DNA of 63,299 nucleotides, filler included, from Octopus bimaculoides (taxonomy: Eukaryota), in NCBI RefSeq assembly GCF_001194135.2. It is 5 parts of 5 records of this genome, joined end to end, with 100 filler letters (N's around TTAATTAATTAA, not from the genome) between each part and the next. Parts side by side here need not be neighbours in the genome. Positions count along the whole stretch, not along the records: positions 46,651 to 57,363 come from NC_068985.1; positions 57,464 to 60,541 come from NC_068982.1; positions 60,642 to 63,299 come from NW_026318211.1; 2 more parts are not named here. The stretch is one strand, 5' to 3'. This document shows, one piece after another, positions 52,467 through 63,299 of this stretch. The first letter of the stretch is position 1. Each line of letters opens with the position of its first letter. Made by a program: the position numbers and the translations under genes. The notes under the pieces are model-generated. The model was not told the origin of the DNA and did no database searches. It saw nothing but the letters and a program-made list of their open reading frames with translations.

Positions 52467-55202
52467 GGTCTCGCCGGAGAACGTTTCTTTGTCATGCTGC
52501 TCTTATCTAATGTAATATTAAATGTAAACAAATGTTGTCATTTGAGGATTTTCGTAATGTGAGAGGCGAATACGATATCCATATAAGTTAACCATTTTTT
52601 TCCTTCAGAGGAGACAGGAGAGCTCCTTTCGAACTTATTGCGCTTATGAGAAGCACCACATAAGTAATAAGTCTTGAAATTGCTGTCCGTTAAGCAGATA
52701 GATAAGCAGTAGATAATTATGAGCAAATTTATATTAACTTCCGCAACAATCACTTTTGAGACATTCGACATTTTTCACTTCCATGATTGTCCCTTTTGCA
52801 GTCAAAAGTGTTGAAAGAGTATCCTCTAATAGAAGAACACTCTTTAGTAGCGTGGCATTTCAACAGATATAGATAACTATTCATTGTCGCAAATTTCTTA
52901 GAATATTTATTCAACGAATATGTATACTATGATAAAAATAAAACAATTTACTAGCTGTTTCTGAGATGTAACGCTCTAACAATGTAGTATCTTTTCTAAA
53001 TACAATTAACAAAATGTGAACTTATAGCTGTAATTTTTCAATTCATCATGTAGAAATAAATGTAGTACCCTTACTTCCAGAGAGCTGCATTGAAATACTA
53101 CATTCTTATTGGAATAACTATGGCATATATATTCTATTATACATCGACAGAGAATCGGGACACAGTTCTTTCATTTTAGTAACATGAAAAGCATTAAGAA
53201 AGATTAGCAGAGCTGTCAACCGACTGAAGTTCCAAGCTAAAATTTCTAAAACAAACTCAGCAATATGAAACTAGAATTTCTAATGCTATCTGGATTAGCA
53301 ATGCTGGCTCTTTTAGCATTTTCATATTTATGTAAATCTGCATGTTGACCTTTAACGGTAGTCAAGAAAATGTCACTAAATTATTAACATTATAGACATT
53401 CCCATAAGAACATCGCTGACAAATATCAAGCTATAGTTTGATGTTTTCTGATTACAACAAATACGTACACAACTCTCTCTGATGATATTTACTTATATTT
53501 TTTGTCACTAGTTACATTTTGCATATTCCTTTCTAGTATTTGTATTGTGCTATATTTTCTAAAGTTTTCTTTATCATTATTATATTTTCAGTAATTATAA
53601 GTTCATAAAAATTATATTCTTCTATCATCTATAGTGGTTTATAGTACTGATAAATTCTGGAATAATACGGTTCAATAATTCAATAACATGGTTTTATATA
53701 GGAGAACGAACATTTAATATATTAATCTCAAGTATTTTATCCATTTAATGCAAGAGTCTTCTGACCAATACAATCAAATAATTTTCTTTGAAATATTAGC
53801 GCATAAAACCTAAATAATTACGGTAGCTATAAGATATGTCAATGCGTAAACTGATTAAAAACATAGATATTGCCAAATTAGTAAACAGCATAGTATTTCG
53901 ACTATCATAACCATACTCGATAGCAACAAATGATTTTCATTAAGTACACGTTTAACATCATATATTGTCATCGCTCATGGTGCATATTATAGTATCGTGT
54001 TTCTGATGGCATATATTATACTATTGTTTTCTGATAGCATATATATAATGGATTGAATGTTATATGAAAGTGTTATCTGCAATGACACAAGTAAATTCAC
54101 TTAAATCCTTGCACTTCCAGGAAACCACTTCCAATTATTCCACATAATGAGTTGACTTGGAAACTTTTGTCACAATTTTCTTTTACTTGTCCTATATTTC
54201 ACCTTACTTTCATGATCAGCATCTTTACGGTCTCAATGCATACCCTATACAAATTTCTACTTTGAAATTCGATCATATTTTAAAAGTCATGGCTGATTTT
54301 AATTAAAAGTATATTGTACAATGGAGCTGTAACATTCAGCTTCTAACATAAATGTATATTCTAACACTCTTTTAATAATTAATCAGGTGTACAGTAAACA
54401 TCGGTTGATAATGGCTGTAGTTGAGATGCTATGCAAAGTAAAATGACGATGTCAGAGCAAATGTGATTACTGTATGATAAATAAAATGTTTAAAAGTGTC
54501 TAGTTCAAATTATTTAATATGCAATTTGAAGTGAAACAAATTATTATTATTTTCCTCGTCAATAATATATTTTCGGGTTTTGTAGACGTTTGTTCCACAG
54601 CTTACGCTCAAATATGCTTTACTGATCTTGGTCCTATCTTCTTTTTTCATATACATACATACACCGACACACACAAGCATCCATACGTGCATAACTACCT
54701 ACCTACATGTTATGTGTATACACTGACACACACACGCACACACGCACTCACACACATATACAGTTATATACATACATACATGTCCGTGTGCGACGTAGGA
54801 ATTGTGTATACACCTGCGATTGTTTTGTTTAGAACTCCATGTAGATTATCATATTGCAGTCTGTTTCTTAACAGTCAATTGTCTGTAAATTAATGCAATA
54901 AATGTTTCCCTGGTGATCCGGTGTAGCTGAGCAAGTTAAATGTGAGATAATATAAATAAGTAAGCATCGCACAATATATTTTCAACTTTTCATTGCTAAG
55001 TACAGCAATTCAAATTTATTTTGGAAAGAAATTTGGAGCTGCTATTACTGAGTGTATTTATTAGGAACCTTATTTGATATAAAAACTTAATACGTCACAT
55101 CCTGAAAATTAAAGAACAATAGTTCAGTGAATCAGACGAAAAAGGTGGGAAAAGTCGATGTACATGAAATCTGTAGTCACGAGGGTGGAAGGCAAAGGGT
55201 AG

Positions 55203-55287
<85 letters not shown>

Positions 55288-55839
55288 TGAACGAGAAAGA
55301 CATGGGGAAGGAGAGAGAAAGAGGGGGTATGTAAAACTGAATTGTGAACCCACATTCTTTGGTTGATATGTCTCTTCCACTTGTATGTATATTATAAGTA
55401 ATATTTCTATACATACTCTCAAACTTTATTTTATAGAATTTACACCAATTTCTAAAAATATAAACCGCTTAGATATCTCCCTATTTATATGACAGTAGTT
55501 ATATTATTACAATATCATATAGCAGACAGTTGATTTAAGGGAATGTTCAGAAAAAAAAATTGATAAAGAATCATACATAATGATTTTCATGTTCCACTTT
55601 GCAGCAATAATTCGGAAATGCCTTCGTGAGATATGAATGTTTACACTCATACTATAGTGGGAAAGGACCCAGCGACATTGTTCGACGACAGCTCAGCTAC
55701 AAGTATGCTATTATAAACACAACTTGAAAAAGATGATTTAAACATAATTAAAATATAAATTCTCGTCGAAACCGAAGCAATAAAAGTAGGAGAGAATGGG
55801 AAATTGAATGAGGCAAGTGGGAAAAGGACTTCGGATGAA

Positions 55840-55960
55840 CCGGAAATTACTCGTCAAGTATGTGATGAATATTTGCATATTGGCTTCACAAGAAAGTTAA
55901 AACTGACATTATCTGACGAATCATTTCCCTACACTTGTATGTCAGATATATATGGAAGTT
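55840..55960 (+). pseudogene. Possible hAT (Buster/Charlie-like) transposase N-terminal remnant
   Basis: RQVCDEYLHIGFT loosely resembles the R-x-Y-x-D-x-Y-L-x-x-G-F-T start of Buster-type transposases. The downstream cysteines are not convincing. Confidence 0.25.
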
Positions 55961-57261
55961 GTGTAACGCTATTATATTCTTTGCCTAACAGAAAGTGTCA
56001 AGGAGAGTAGGGCTGAAAATTTAGTTTAGAGCAGCTAGGCACAGATCCGATTTTAACATTTTAGCCACTCATTCCAACCAATATTATTGTTACTGCGAAT
56101 GTGTTTCAGGATTTCAGTTTGATAAATGCATATTTGCATTCCATTGTATATTACAACAGAGATTTATACATTGAAGTATGTACTCCTGCCATTTAGATCC
56201 GTTCCTATTAGCAACTTATTTATCTATCAATATATATATGCACACACTCATGCATACATGCATACCTATATGCATATATATAGATGGATAGATATACTCA
56301 TATATCGTATGTAGTATTTCATGTTTTGGGATTAATATAAATACATTAATTATAAATACCTAAGGAGTGTTTATAAGCGTGATACAAATTAATAAATGCG
56401 TGATATGAGAGAAAAAGGAAACAGACTGTGCGACAAGCAGTTAGGCGATCCAGAGCATTATATATGTACGTATTTCATTTAATGCAGAGAATCTAAAGAT
56501 ATGAGACACCTGTCTAGTCAGGCTTTTATAGCACGTATTTTGTCTCCAACCGATCAATAGTCACTAACCGCATGGTCTAATCTATTGGAACATAAGGACG
56601 CTGGTATATAAGAATCAAAGGAAAAGCCAGCGGGGTGATGCAAACAGGAGAGAGTTTTAACAAGGGTGAGGGCAATCTGACTGCAGTATCAAATGTGTAA
56701 ATTTATAACAGTAGTTCTTGATGTTTAGGATCATGGAGCTTTTATTTCTAGAACAAACGACTCCATGAGTGCGTTGTGCGTATACATTATTATATACTAG
56801 TCACTGTAGTCTAGCCTAAGGTCACCAGATCTATAATGAAAGGTTTTAAATTCTCTCTTACATTTAGTAGTGCAAATAACCCAGGATCAAAGTTACATTG
56901 TAAATGTAACTTTCACTAAGACGATAGTTTGGTATTTGATGATGGAATAATTTTCTTAGCTACTTATATGCGTTTCATATGCATAGAAGTGTTGTCTATT
57001 GGTATTAATTCCTCCGGCACTTATGCAACGAATTACAAGTTTGACTGACGGAAGAAGAAGAACACGGAATAAGAAAGATACGTTATGGATTCAAGAATGA
57101 TTGCAAATTATTACATAAATACGTATTCGTTATCATTAGTACACAGAAATATTATGAAATTTTTTTTTGCTGTTATTCATAGGGGTATCTATTTTTATGA
57201 AGTATAAAGAAACATATTTCTACTGTGATATTTTTACAGATATTTAAAGGTATTTAAAGAG

Positions 57262-57309
<48 letters not shown>

Positions 57310-57489
57310 CACAATTGCAGCGTGGAAGGTGTTTATAAGCCATTTAAAATAACACACAAAAGCNNNNNNNNNNNNNNNNNNNNNNNNNNNNNNNNNNNNN
57401 NNNNNNNTTAATTAATTAANNNNNNNNNNNNNNNNNNNNNNNNNNNNNNNNNNNNNNNNNNNNATATATATATATATATATATATATAT

Positions 57490-58078
57490 AGAAAAACAAG
57501 AACAAATCATACCATTTATAGTGACACTCAATCCATGCCACCAGAACATCTTCAATATTGCTAAAGCAAACCTACCAATCATTGCACAAAGTAAGGAATT
57601 ATGAAATATCATTACAGATTAAACTATAACTCTCAGTAAGAGACAGCCTAAAAGCTTGAAAAAGTTATTAACAAATGCAAGGTTTGACCTTAACAACAAA
57701 AATCAACCATTCACTGTGTCTAAATGCAATGATAGCCGATGCAGTACATGCCAATTAATTCATACCGGCCCATATATGAACACAAAAACAGGGAAAATAA
57801 GCAGAAATTTTATCTACTGCATCAAATGCCCAAATTGTGAAGAACTGTACGTTGGCCAGACAGGTAATGCACTATCAGAACGCTTGCATGCGCATCGACA
57901 ACAAATTAAAAATCCAGAGGTCCGCCAAATACCACTGAGTAACCATCTGGCAACATGTGGTCAAAAAACTCTTATGATATTTCCATTTCATAAACTTTAC
58001 AACCTGAATGAAATTGAGAGAAAACTGAGAAAAAAGGACTTTATTAAGAAATTCAAACCCAAGCTTAACAAACAATGA
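57490..58078 (+). pseudogene. Penelope-like GIY-YIG endonuclease domain (second PLE family)
   Basis: KRQPKSLKKLLTNARF, CNDSRCSTC, NFIYCIKCPNCEELYVGQTGNALSERLHAHRQQI, FIKKFKPKLN. Confidence 0.9.
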
Positions 58079-58470
58079 TTAAATTAATCTTATTTGGGGT
58101 TTAAAAATCTTATCCCTATAACTAAAACACAAAAAATCTCTAAAAAGTACTGCTGTCATCGTTTCTAAAAATAAACATTGAAAAATGGTTTGGCATCATC
58201 TCTAAAAATAGCCAAACAACTACTACTGCTGTCCACAGGAATGTATATAAAGGACAAAAGACAGCCATTTAACTACAGTTGAAACATTCCCGTCACAACA
58301 TGGGACCTTGAAGACTGCTAAAATGCAAGAAAGTACACTAGTCCTTTAATATTTAATATTTAATATTCAATATTTCATTTATTCAATAAGACAATCAATA
58401 CTTCATTTCATTTTACTATAGTATACTATATATTCCATATTCTATATTTTATATATATATACATAAACTT
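58079..58470 (+). mobile_element. 3' pLTR/UTR of the second PLE
   Basis: Directly follows the EN stop, contains an HHR-like motif, and is homologous to 48690-48870. Confidence 0.65.
58303..58344 (+). ncRNA. Minimal hammerhead-ribozyme-like motif in PLE pLTR
   Basis: GGAC-c-TTGAAGA-CTGC-taaaat-GCAA-GAAA-G-TACA-C-TA-GTCC. Stem I GGAC/GTCC, stem II TGC/GCA, one core deviation. Confidence 0.55.
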
Positions 58471-58480
58471 CAAGTTTCTT

Positions 58481-58552
<72 letters not shown>

Positions 58553-58599
58553 TATGGTTTGACTTAGGCTACTTCAATGAATTTAATCTGAATGAAGTT

Positions 58600-59230
58600 A
58601 ATCTCCAACATATCATCTTTGACATAACTTTCACTGCCTCAGGCATCATTGCAGCAATAAATGAAACCTTAGATTATTCTGCCACTGACATTTACAGATT
58701 CCCTGCTAGTGTCCTGAAAGAATGCAAACACCAATATACATACCCTCTAACTAATTTGTGGAGAAAATCTTTAGGCTTAGACTATATAATCAAGCATTTC
58801 TGATCTCAATTTGCCATCCCAGTCTTCAGAAAGGGAAATGGGTCACCTGAAGTTAATCGTCACCCAATCTCACTCAACTCTGGAAGTAAATGAAAGGGTG
58901 GTAATATCAAGAATTAATGGCTTCCTGAAGAGTTACAGTCTCCTAAATTCCAGCTAGCATAGCTTTTCTTGTAGCAGAGACTGCCTGAGAAAACTTTGCA
59001 GATGTCATCACTTTGATGATATCCTTAAAGTTTTAAGAGGGACCTCAAACACTGCTGATGTTTTTACTTCAGCAAAGCTTTCGACAGTATCAACCACAAC
59101 ATCCTTCTGTTAAAACTGACTGACATTGGACTCCATGGAAAACTGCTGCAATGGATAAAATATTTCTTTAAGTAAAAATCTCAACATGTTGTGATTGTTG
59201 AAAACCAATCAAGCCCAATTGTTGCAGGAT
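58600..59230 (+). pseudogene. CR1-group LINE RT N-terminal domains, decayed
   Basis: FPASVLKECKHQYTYPLTNLWRKSL, IPVFRKGN, SKAFDSINHNILLLKLTDIGLHGKLLQWIKYF. Confidence 0.85.
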
Positions 59231-59249
59231 CAACATCAAGCACTCAATG

Positions 59250-59810
59250 ATTAAGCATTTTATACAAGACACTTTTGAAACTATTGTGTAAATTGGTTCC
59301 TAGATTTATAAAAGTTGATGTAGACTTTTTTAAACCATGTTCCAGATAGAGTGAATATAGAAATGGTCCTGATTAATTAATTTCAATGTAACTAGCCTCT
59401 TTACAAATATCTCCTGGGGATTAGCTCTGAAAACAATAGAATTTTGGATTGAAAAACACTCACACAGAATTCAGGAGAGATTGCTAAAAGAATTTATACT
59501 AGAAGGATAATGATTGATACTAGAAAACAACTACTTCTTTGATATCCAATATTACCTTCAAATAAAAGACACAGAAATTAGTATGAAAGTTGTTTGCAAC
59601 ACTAGTAAAGAAATCTTTTAGAAGTAAAAGTTTATGCTCAGTCTTGAATTACTTTTGATTGGTATTTTCACATCTAAAAGAAAACTGGAAAAGATTCCTG
59701 CTTCATAGTTTGGAACAGAAATAAGGAAGATCTTGCAAAATTTGTTAATTTGATAAAGATCATTCATAAATTAATACAATTCGCCAAGGAAGCAAATGAA
59801 AAGGAACCTT
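59250..59810 (+). pseudogene. Penelope-like RT core, decayed
   Basis: LLCKLVPRFIKVDVDF, FNVTSLFTNISWGLALKTIEFWIEKH, ILENNYFFD..YYLQIK, KENWKRFL (YxDD lost). Confidence 0.8.
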
Positions 59811-59836
59811 CATTTAATATTTAATATGGCAAGCCA

Positions 59837-59931
<95 letters not shown>

Positions 59932-60235
59932 CTCTGTGTGTGTGTGTGTGTGTGATGTTTAATAGTTACAGACACAGATAGACAAGAGAGCCTATTGATA
60001 GACCTAAGAATATTCCTTCAGAAACAAAAATGCTTCAAAATCTTAGTAAACCATACTATAACCAATGTAAAAAAGATTCTAAATCACAGTCTCATGAAGA
60101 CTTCATAATTAGGGTGAAGACAAAAATGGAAACATAAATATTACATAGCATCTTACATTTGGCCAAACAATAGTTTCCAATCCCACAGCAATCATCAAAT
60201 CTCAGAAAAATAATTAAAGATTATCAAAGATTTAT

Positions 60236-60369
60236 AGGCACAGGAGTGGCTGTGTGGTAAGTACCTTGCTTACTAACCACATAGTTCTGGGTTTAGTCCC
60301 ACTGTGTGGAACCTGCCTCGGGCTGACCAAGCCTTGTGAGTGAATTTGGTAGACAGAAACTCAAAGAAG
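60236..60369 (+). mobile_element. Composite SINE head
   Basis: aggcacaggagtggctgtgtggtaag...gggtttagtcccactg...gccttgtgagtgaatttggtagac. Confidence 0.85.
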
Positions 60370-60376
60370 TATATAC

Positions 60377-60430
<54 letters not shown>

Positions 60431-60641
60431 TATATAAATATATGCATATACAGTGGGGGGAAATAAATATTTGTACATGTCAAAATTCTTTATTTATTTA
60501 ATTTCTAATGAACATAAATGGGATATACCAATACTATATTTNNNNNNNNNNNNNNNNNNNNNNNNNNNNNNNNNNNNNNNNNNNNTTAATTAATTAANNN
60601 NNNNNNNNNNNNNNNNNNNNNNNNNNNNNNNNNNNNNNNNN

Positions 60642-60773
60642 TCCACTCACAAGGCTTTGGTCAGCCCGAGGCTACAGCAGAAGACACTTGCTCAAGGTGT
60701 CACGCAGTGGGACTGAATTTGGGACCATGTGGTTGGGAAGCAAGCTTCTTACCACACAGCCAAGCCTGTGCCT
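60642..60773 (-). mobile_element. Composite SINE head
   Basis: tccactcacaaggctttggtcagcccgagg...cttaccacacagccaagcctgtgcct. Confidence 0.85.
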
Positions 60774-60859
60774 ATATGATTAACTTCAACAAAATACTTT
60801 TATCGAAATGGAGAAAAGGGCTGAGAAAAGGGGTTGCAATGCAATAAAGCTGTGAGGAG

Positions 60860-61175
60860 GAGGAGGAATATATTATAGGCCAGGAAGAGGAATATGGTTT
60901 AGGGCAGGGAAAAGTGGGGCACAGGGCACATATTGTAAGGATGGCATCGTGGGAAATACATTGTCGAACTGGGATAAGTAGCATATACTGTTGAGCTTTG
61001 AAAAGGAGCAAAGTTGGGTTGGAAGGTGGTGACGCAATGGACATATTACAGGGCTAAGAGGAGGAGGGGTGGCAGAGAACATACTGTGTGACTGGGAGAA
61101 GATTGGGATACAGGGTACACATTGCAGGGCTGGGAAGAGGGGCTACACATTGTAGAGCTGGGAGAAGTGGCAACA
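60860..61175. repeat. Degenerate ~27-35-bp G-rich minisatellite
   Basis: Recurring unit resembling ACATATTGTAGGGCTGGGAGAAG (e.g. acatattgtaaggatgg, acatattacagggct, acacattgcagggctggg, acacattgtagagctggg). Confidence 0.6.
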
Positions 61176-61499
61176 GTTTAAATCTTTATGGAAAACTTTT
61201 GTTATATCCTTGCTTGAAATTTGGTGACGTTAGGTGTGACAGTACACCCAATTTAACAACCGCCATATGNNNNNNNNNNTTGGTGACGTTAGGTGTGACA
61301 GTACACCCAATTTAACAACCGCCATATGCCACTGTGTCTAGGCATAGGAAAAAACTTGCCTTGATAAACTCTTTCTCACCCAAACAAGCATAAAAAAGTA
61401 GACTTTAAAACAGGGGTTCCCTACCTTTTCACTACTAAGGACCCCTTTTATTTAAACGAGTTTTCCCACGGACCCCTGGATATTGAAAAGCCTTTTTTT

Positions 61500-61612
61500 T
61501 TCTACTATAGGCACAAGGCCTGATATTTTGGGGGAGCGGGCAATCGATTAGATCGACTCCAATACGTAACTGGTACTTAATTTATCAACCCCGAAAGGAT
61601 GAAAGGTAAAGT
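61500..61612 (-). mobile_element. Nin/Deu-like SINE, cut by a gap
   Basis: ggcacaaggcctg...ctggtacttaatttatcaaccccgaaaggatgaaagg. Confidence 0.8.
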
Positions 61613-62490
61613 NNNNNNNNNNNNNNNNNNNNNNNNNNNNNNNNNNNNNNNNNNNNNNNNNNNNNNNNNNNNNNNNNNNNNNNNNNNNNNNNNNNNNNNN
61701 NNNNNNNNNNNNNNNNNNNNNNNNNNNNNNNNNNNNNNNNNNNNNNNNNNNNNNNNNNNNNNNNNNNNNNNNNNNNNNNNNNNNNNNNNNNNNNNNNNNN
61801 NNNNNNNNNNNNNNNNNNNNNNNNNNNNNNNNNNNNNNNNNNNNNNNNNNNNNNNNNNNNNNNNNNNNNNNNNNNNNNNNNNNNNNNNNNNNNNNNNNNN
61901 NNNNNNNNNNNNNNNNNNNNNNNNNNNNNNNNNNNNNNNNNNNNNNNNNNNNNNNNNNNNNNNNNNNNNNNNNNNNNNNNNNNNNNNNNNNNNNNNNNNN
62001 NNNNNNNNNNNNNNNNNNNNNNNNNNNNNNNNNNNNNNNNNNNNNNNNNNNNNNNNNNNNNNNNNNNNNNNNNNNNNNNNNNNNNNNNNNNNNNNNNNNN
62101 NNNNNNNNNNNNNNNNNNNNNNNNNNNNNNNNNNNNNNNNNNNNNNNNNNNNNNNNNNNNNNNNNNNNNNNNNNNNNNNNNNNNNNNNNNNNNNNNNNNN
62201 NNNNNNNNNNNNNNNNNNNNNNNNNNNNNNNNNNNNNNNNNNNNNNNNNNNNNNNNNNNNNNNNNNNNNNNNNNNNNNNNNNNNNNNNNNNNNNNNNNNN
62301 NNNNNNNNNNNNNNNNNNNNNNNNNNNNNNNNNNNNNNNNNNNNNNNNNNNNNNNNNNNNNNNNNNNNNNNNNNNNNNNNNNNNNNNNNNNNNNNNNNNN
62401 NNNNNNNNNNNNNNNNNNNNNNNNNNNNNNNNNNNNNNNNNNNNNNNNNNNNNNNNNNNNNNNNNNNNNNNNNNNNNNNNNNNNNNNNNT

Positions 62491-62700
62491 TCCCCCACAT
62501 ATGACTGTGTTTGTCCCCCAACCATCGCTTGTCCCTCGTAATTGAGCGGTTCGACAAAATGGGCCGATAGACTAAGTACTAGGCTGACAAAGAATAAATC
62601 CTGGGGCCGATTTCTTCGACTAACGCCCTTTAAAGCGGTGCTCCAGCAGTGCCGCAGTCAAATGGCTGAAACAAAGAAAAAGAATAAAAAAGAAAATAAG
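62491..62700 (+). mobile_element. SINE 3' half
   Basis: gcggttcgacaaaa...ctaagtactaggctgacaaagaataaatcctgggg...gcggtgctccagcagtgccgcagtc. Confidence 0.8.
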
Positions 62701-63299
62701 CAGCCTGCAACCCCCACTTTTTAAAAAAATTCTTTCCAATCTCCCTGCTGTGAGAAACATTGTATTGCAGGAGTATTTAAATCGACATTTCACTGGAACT
62801 TTGTTTGGTCGACACCGCAAGTTGACTATGGTGCTATTAGAACTCGCAACTCGATGCGTCACTAACAGGTCCTGCCAATCCACTGATTTAGACTGGCGAA
62901 GCANNNNNNNNNNNNNNNNNNNNNNNNNNNNNNNNNNNNNNNNNNNNNNNNNNNNNNNNNNNNNNNNNNNNNNNNNNNNNNNNNNNNNNNNNNNNNNNNN
63001 NNNNNNNNNNNNNNNNNNNNNNNNNNNNNNNNNNNNNNNNNNNNNNNNNNNNNNNNNNNNNNNNNNNNNNNNNNNNNNNNNNNNNNNNNNNNNNNNNNNN
63101 NNNNNNNNNNNNNNNNNNNNNNNNNNNNNNNNNNNNNNNNAAAAAAAAAAATTTTTGAGCCCCGCCCCATTTAAAATTTTGAACTTTTTTGAAATTTTTT
63201 CCCCCGTTATGTTTTAGATAACGGAGATTTCGAATATCAAGAGACCACCTTTTCAAAATTTTAAATTCAATAAGCATATAGATATGTGTATAAAGAGAT

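Noticed and set aside
60236-60773. Inverted pair of SINE heads that could form dsRNA
   Set aside because: An artificial scaffold pad separates them, so adjacency and orientation are not established.
61222-61330. Direct repeat tggtgacgttaggtgtgacagtacacccaatttaacaaccgccatatg either side of 10 N
   Set aside because: Typical contig-overlap artefact; not a CRISPR-like or biological repeat.
61411-61478. CAGGGGTTCCC...GGACCCCTG mini hAT-like element
   Set aside because: The 8-bp flanks do not match. More likely a single hAT end with its subterminal repeat, too short to support a call.

Overview
AT-rich, gap-ridden eukaryotic (metazoan) genomic DNA. The SINE families, microsatellite load and TE mix suggest an octopod cephalopod such as Octopus; this is inference from recognition of the repeats, not a database match. 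I found no intact protein-coding gene. Almost all ORF-track entries are microsatellite or N-gap read-throughs. The recognisable content is decayed mobile DNA: three Penelope-like element (PLE) remnants, three restriction-like-endonuclease (R4/Dong-like) non-LTR remnants next to TA/TATG microsatellites, two CR1-group LINE fragments, a near-full-length dead mariner, TTAA-flanked piggyBac-like MITEs (one family in a tandem array), a hAT-like MITE, many tRNA-derived SINEs, a higher-order minisatellite and four artificial 100-bp scaffold pads. The most striking signal is RNA-level: at least six hammerhead-ribozyme (HHR)-like motifs from about four families. Two of them sit inside an inverted pair of a tRNA-headed (Pol III A/B box) SINE-like element whose 3' part is a minimal, probably dimer-dependent HHR. 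This is a candidate Pol III-driven, Penelope-mobilised 'ribozyme SINE'. All alignments and folds were done by eye.
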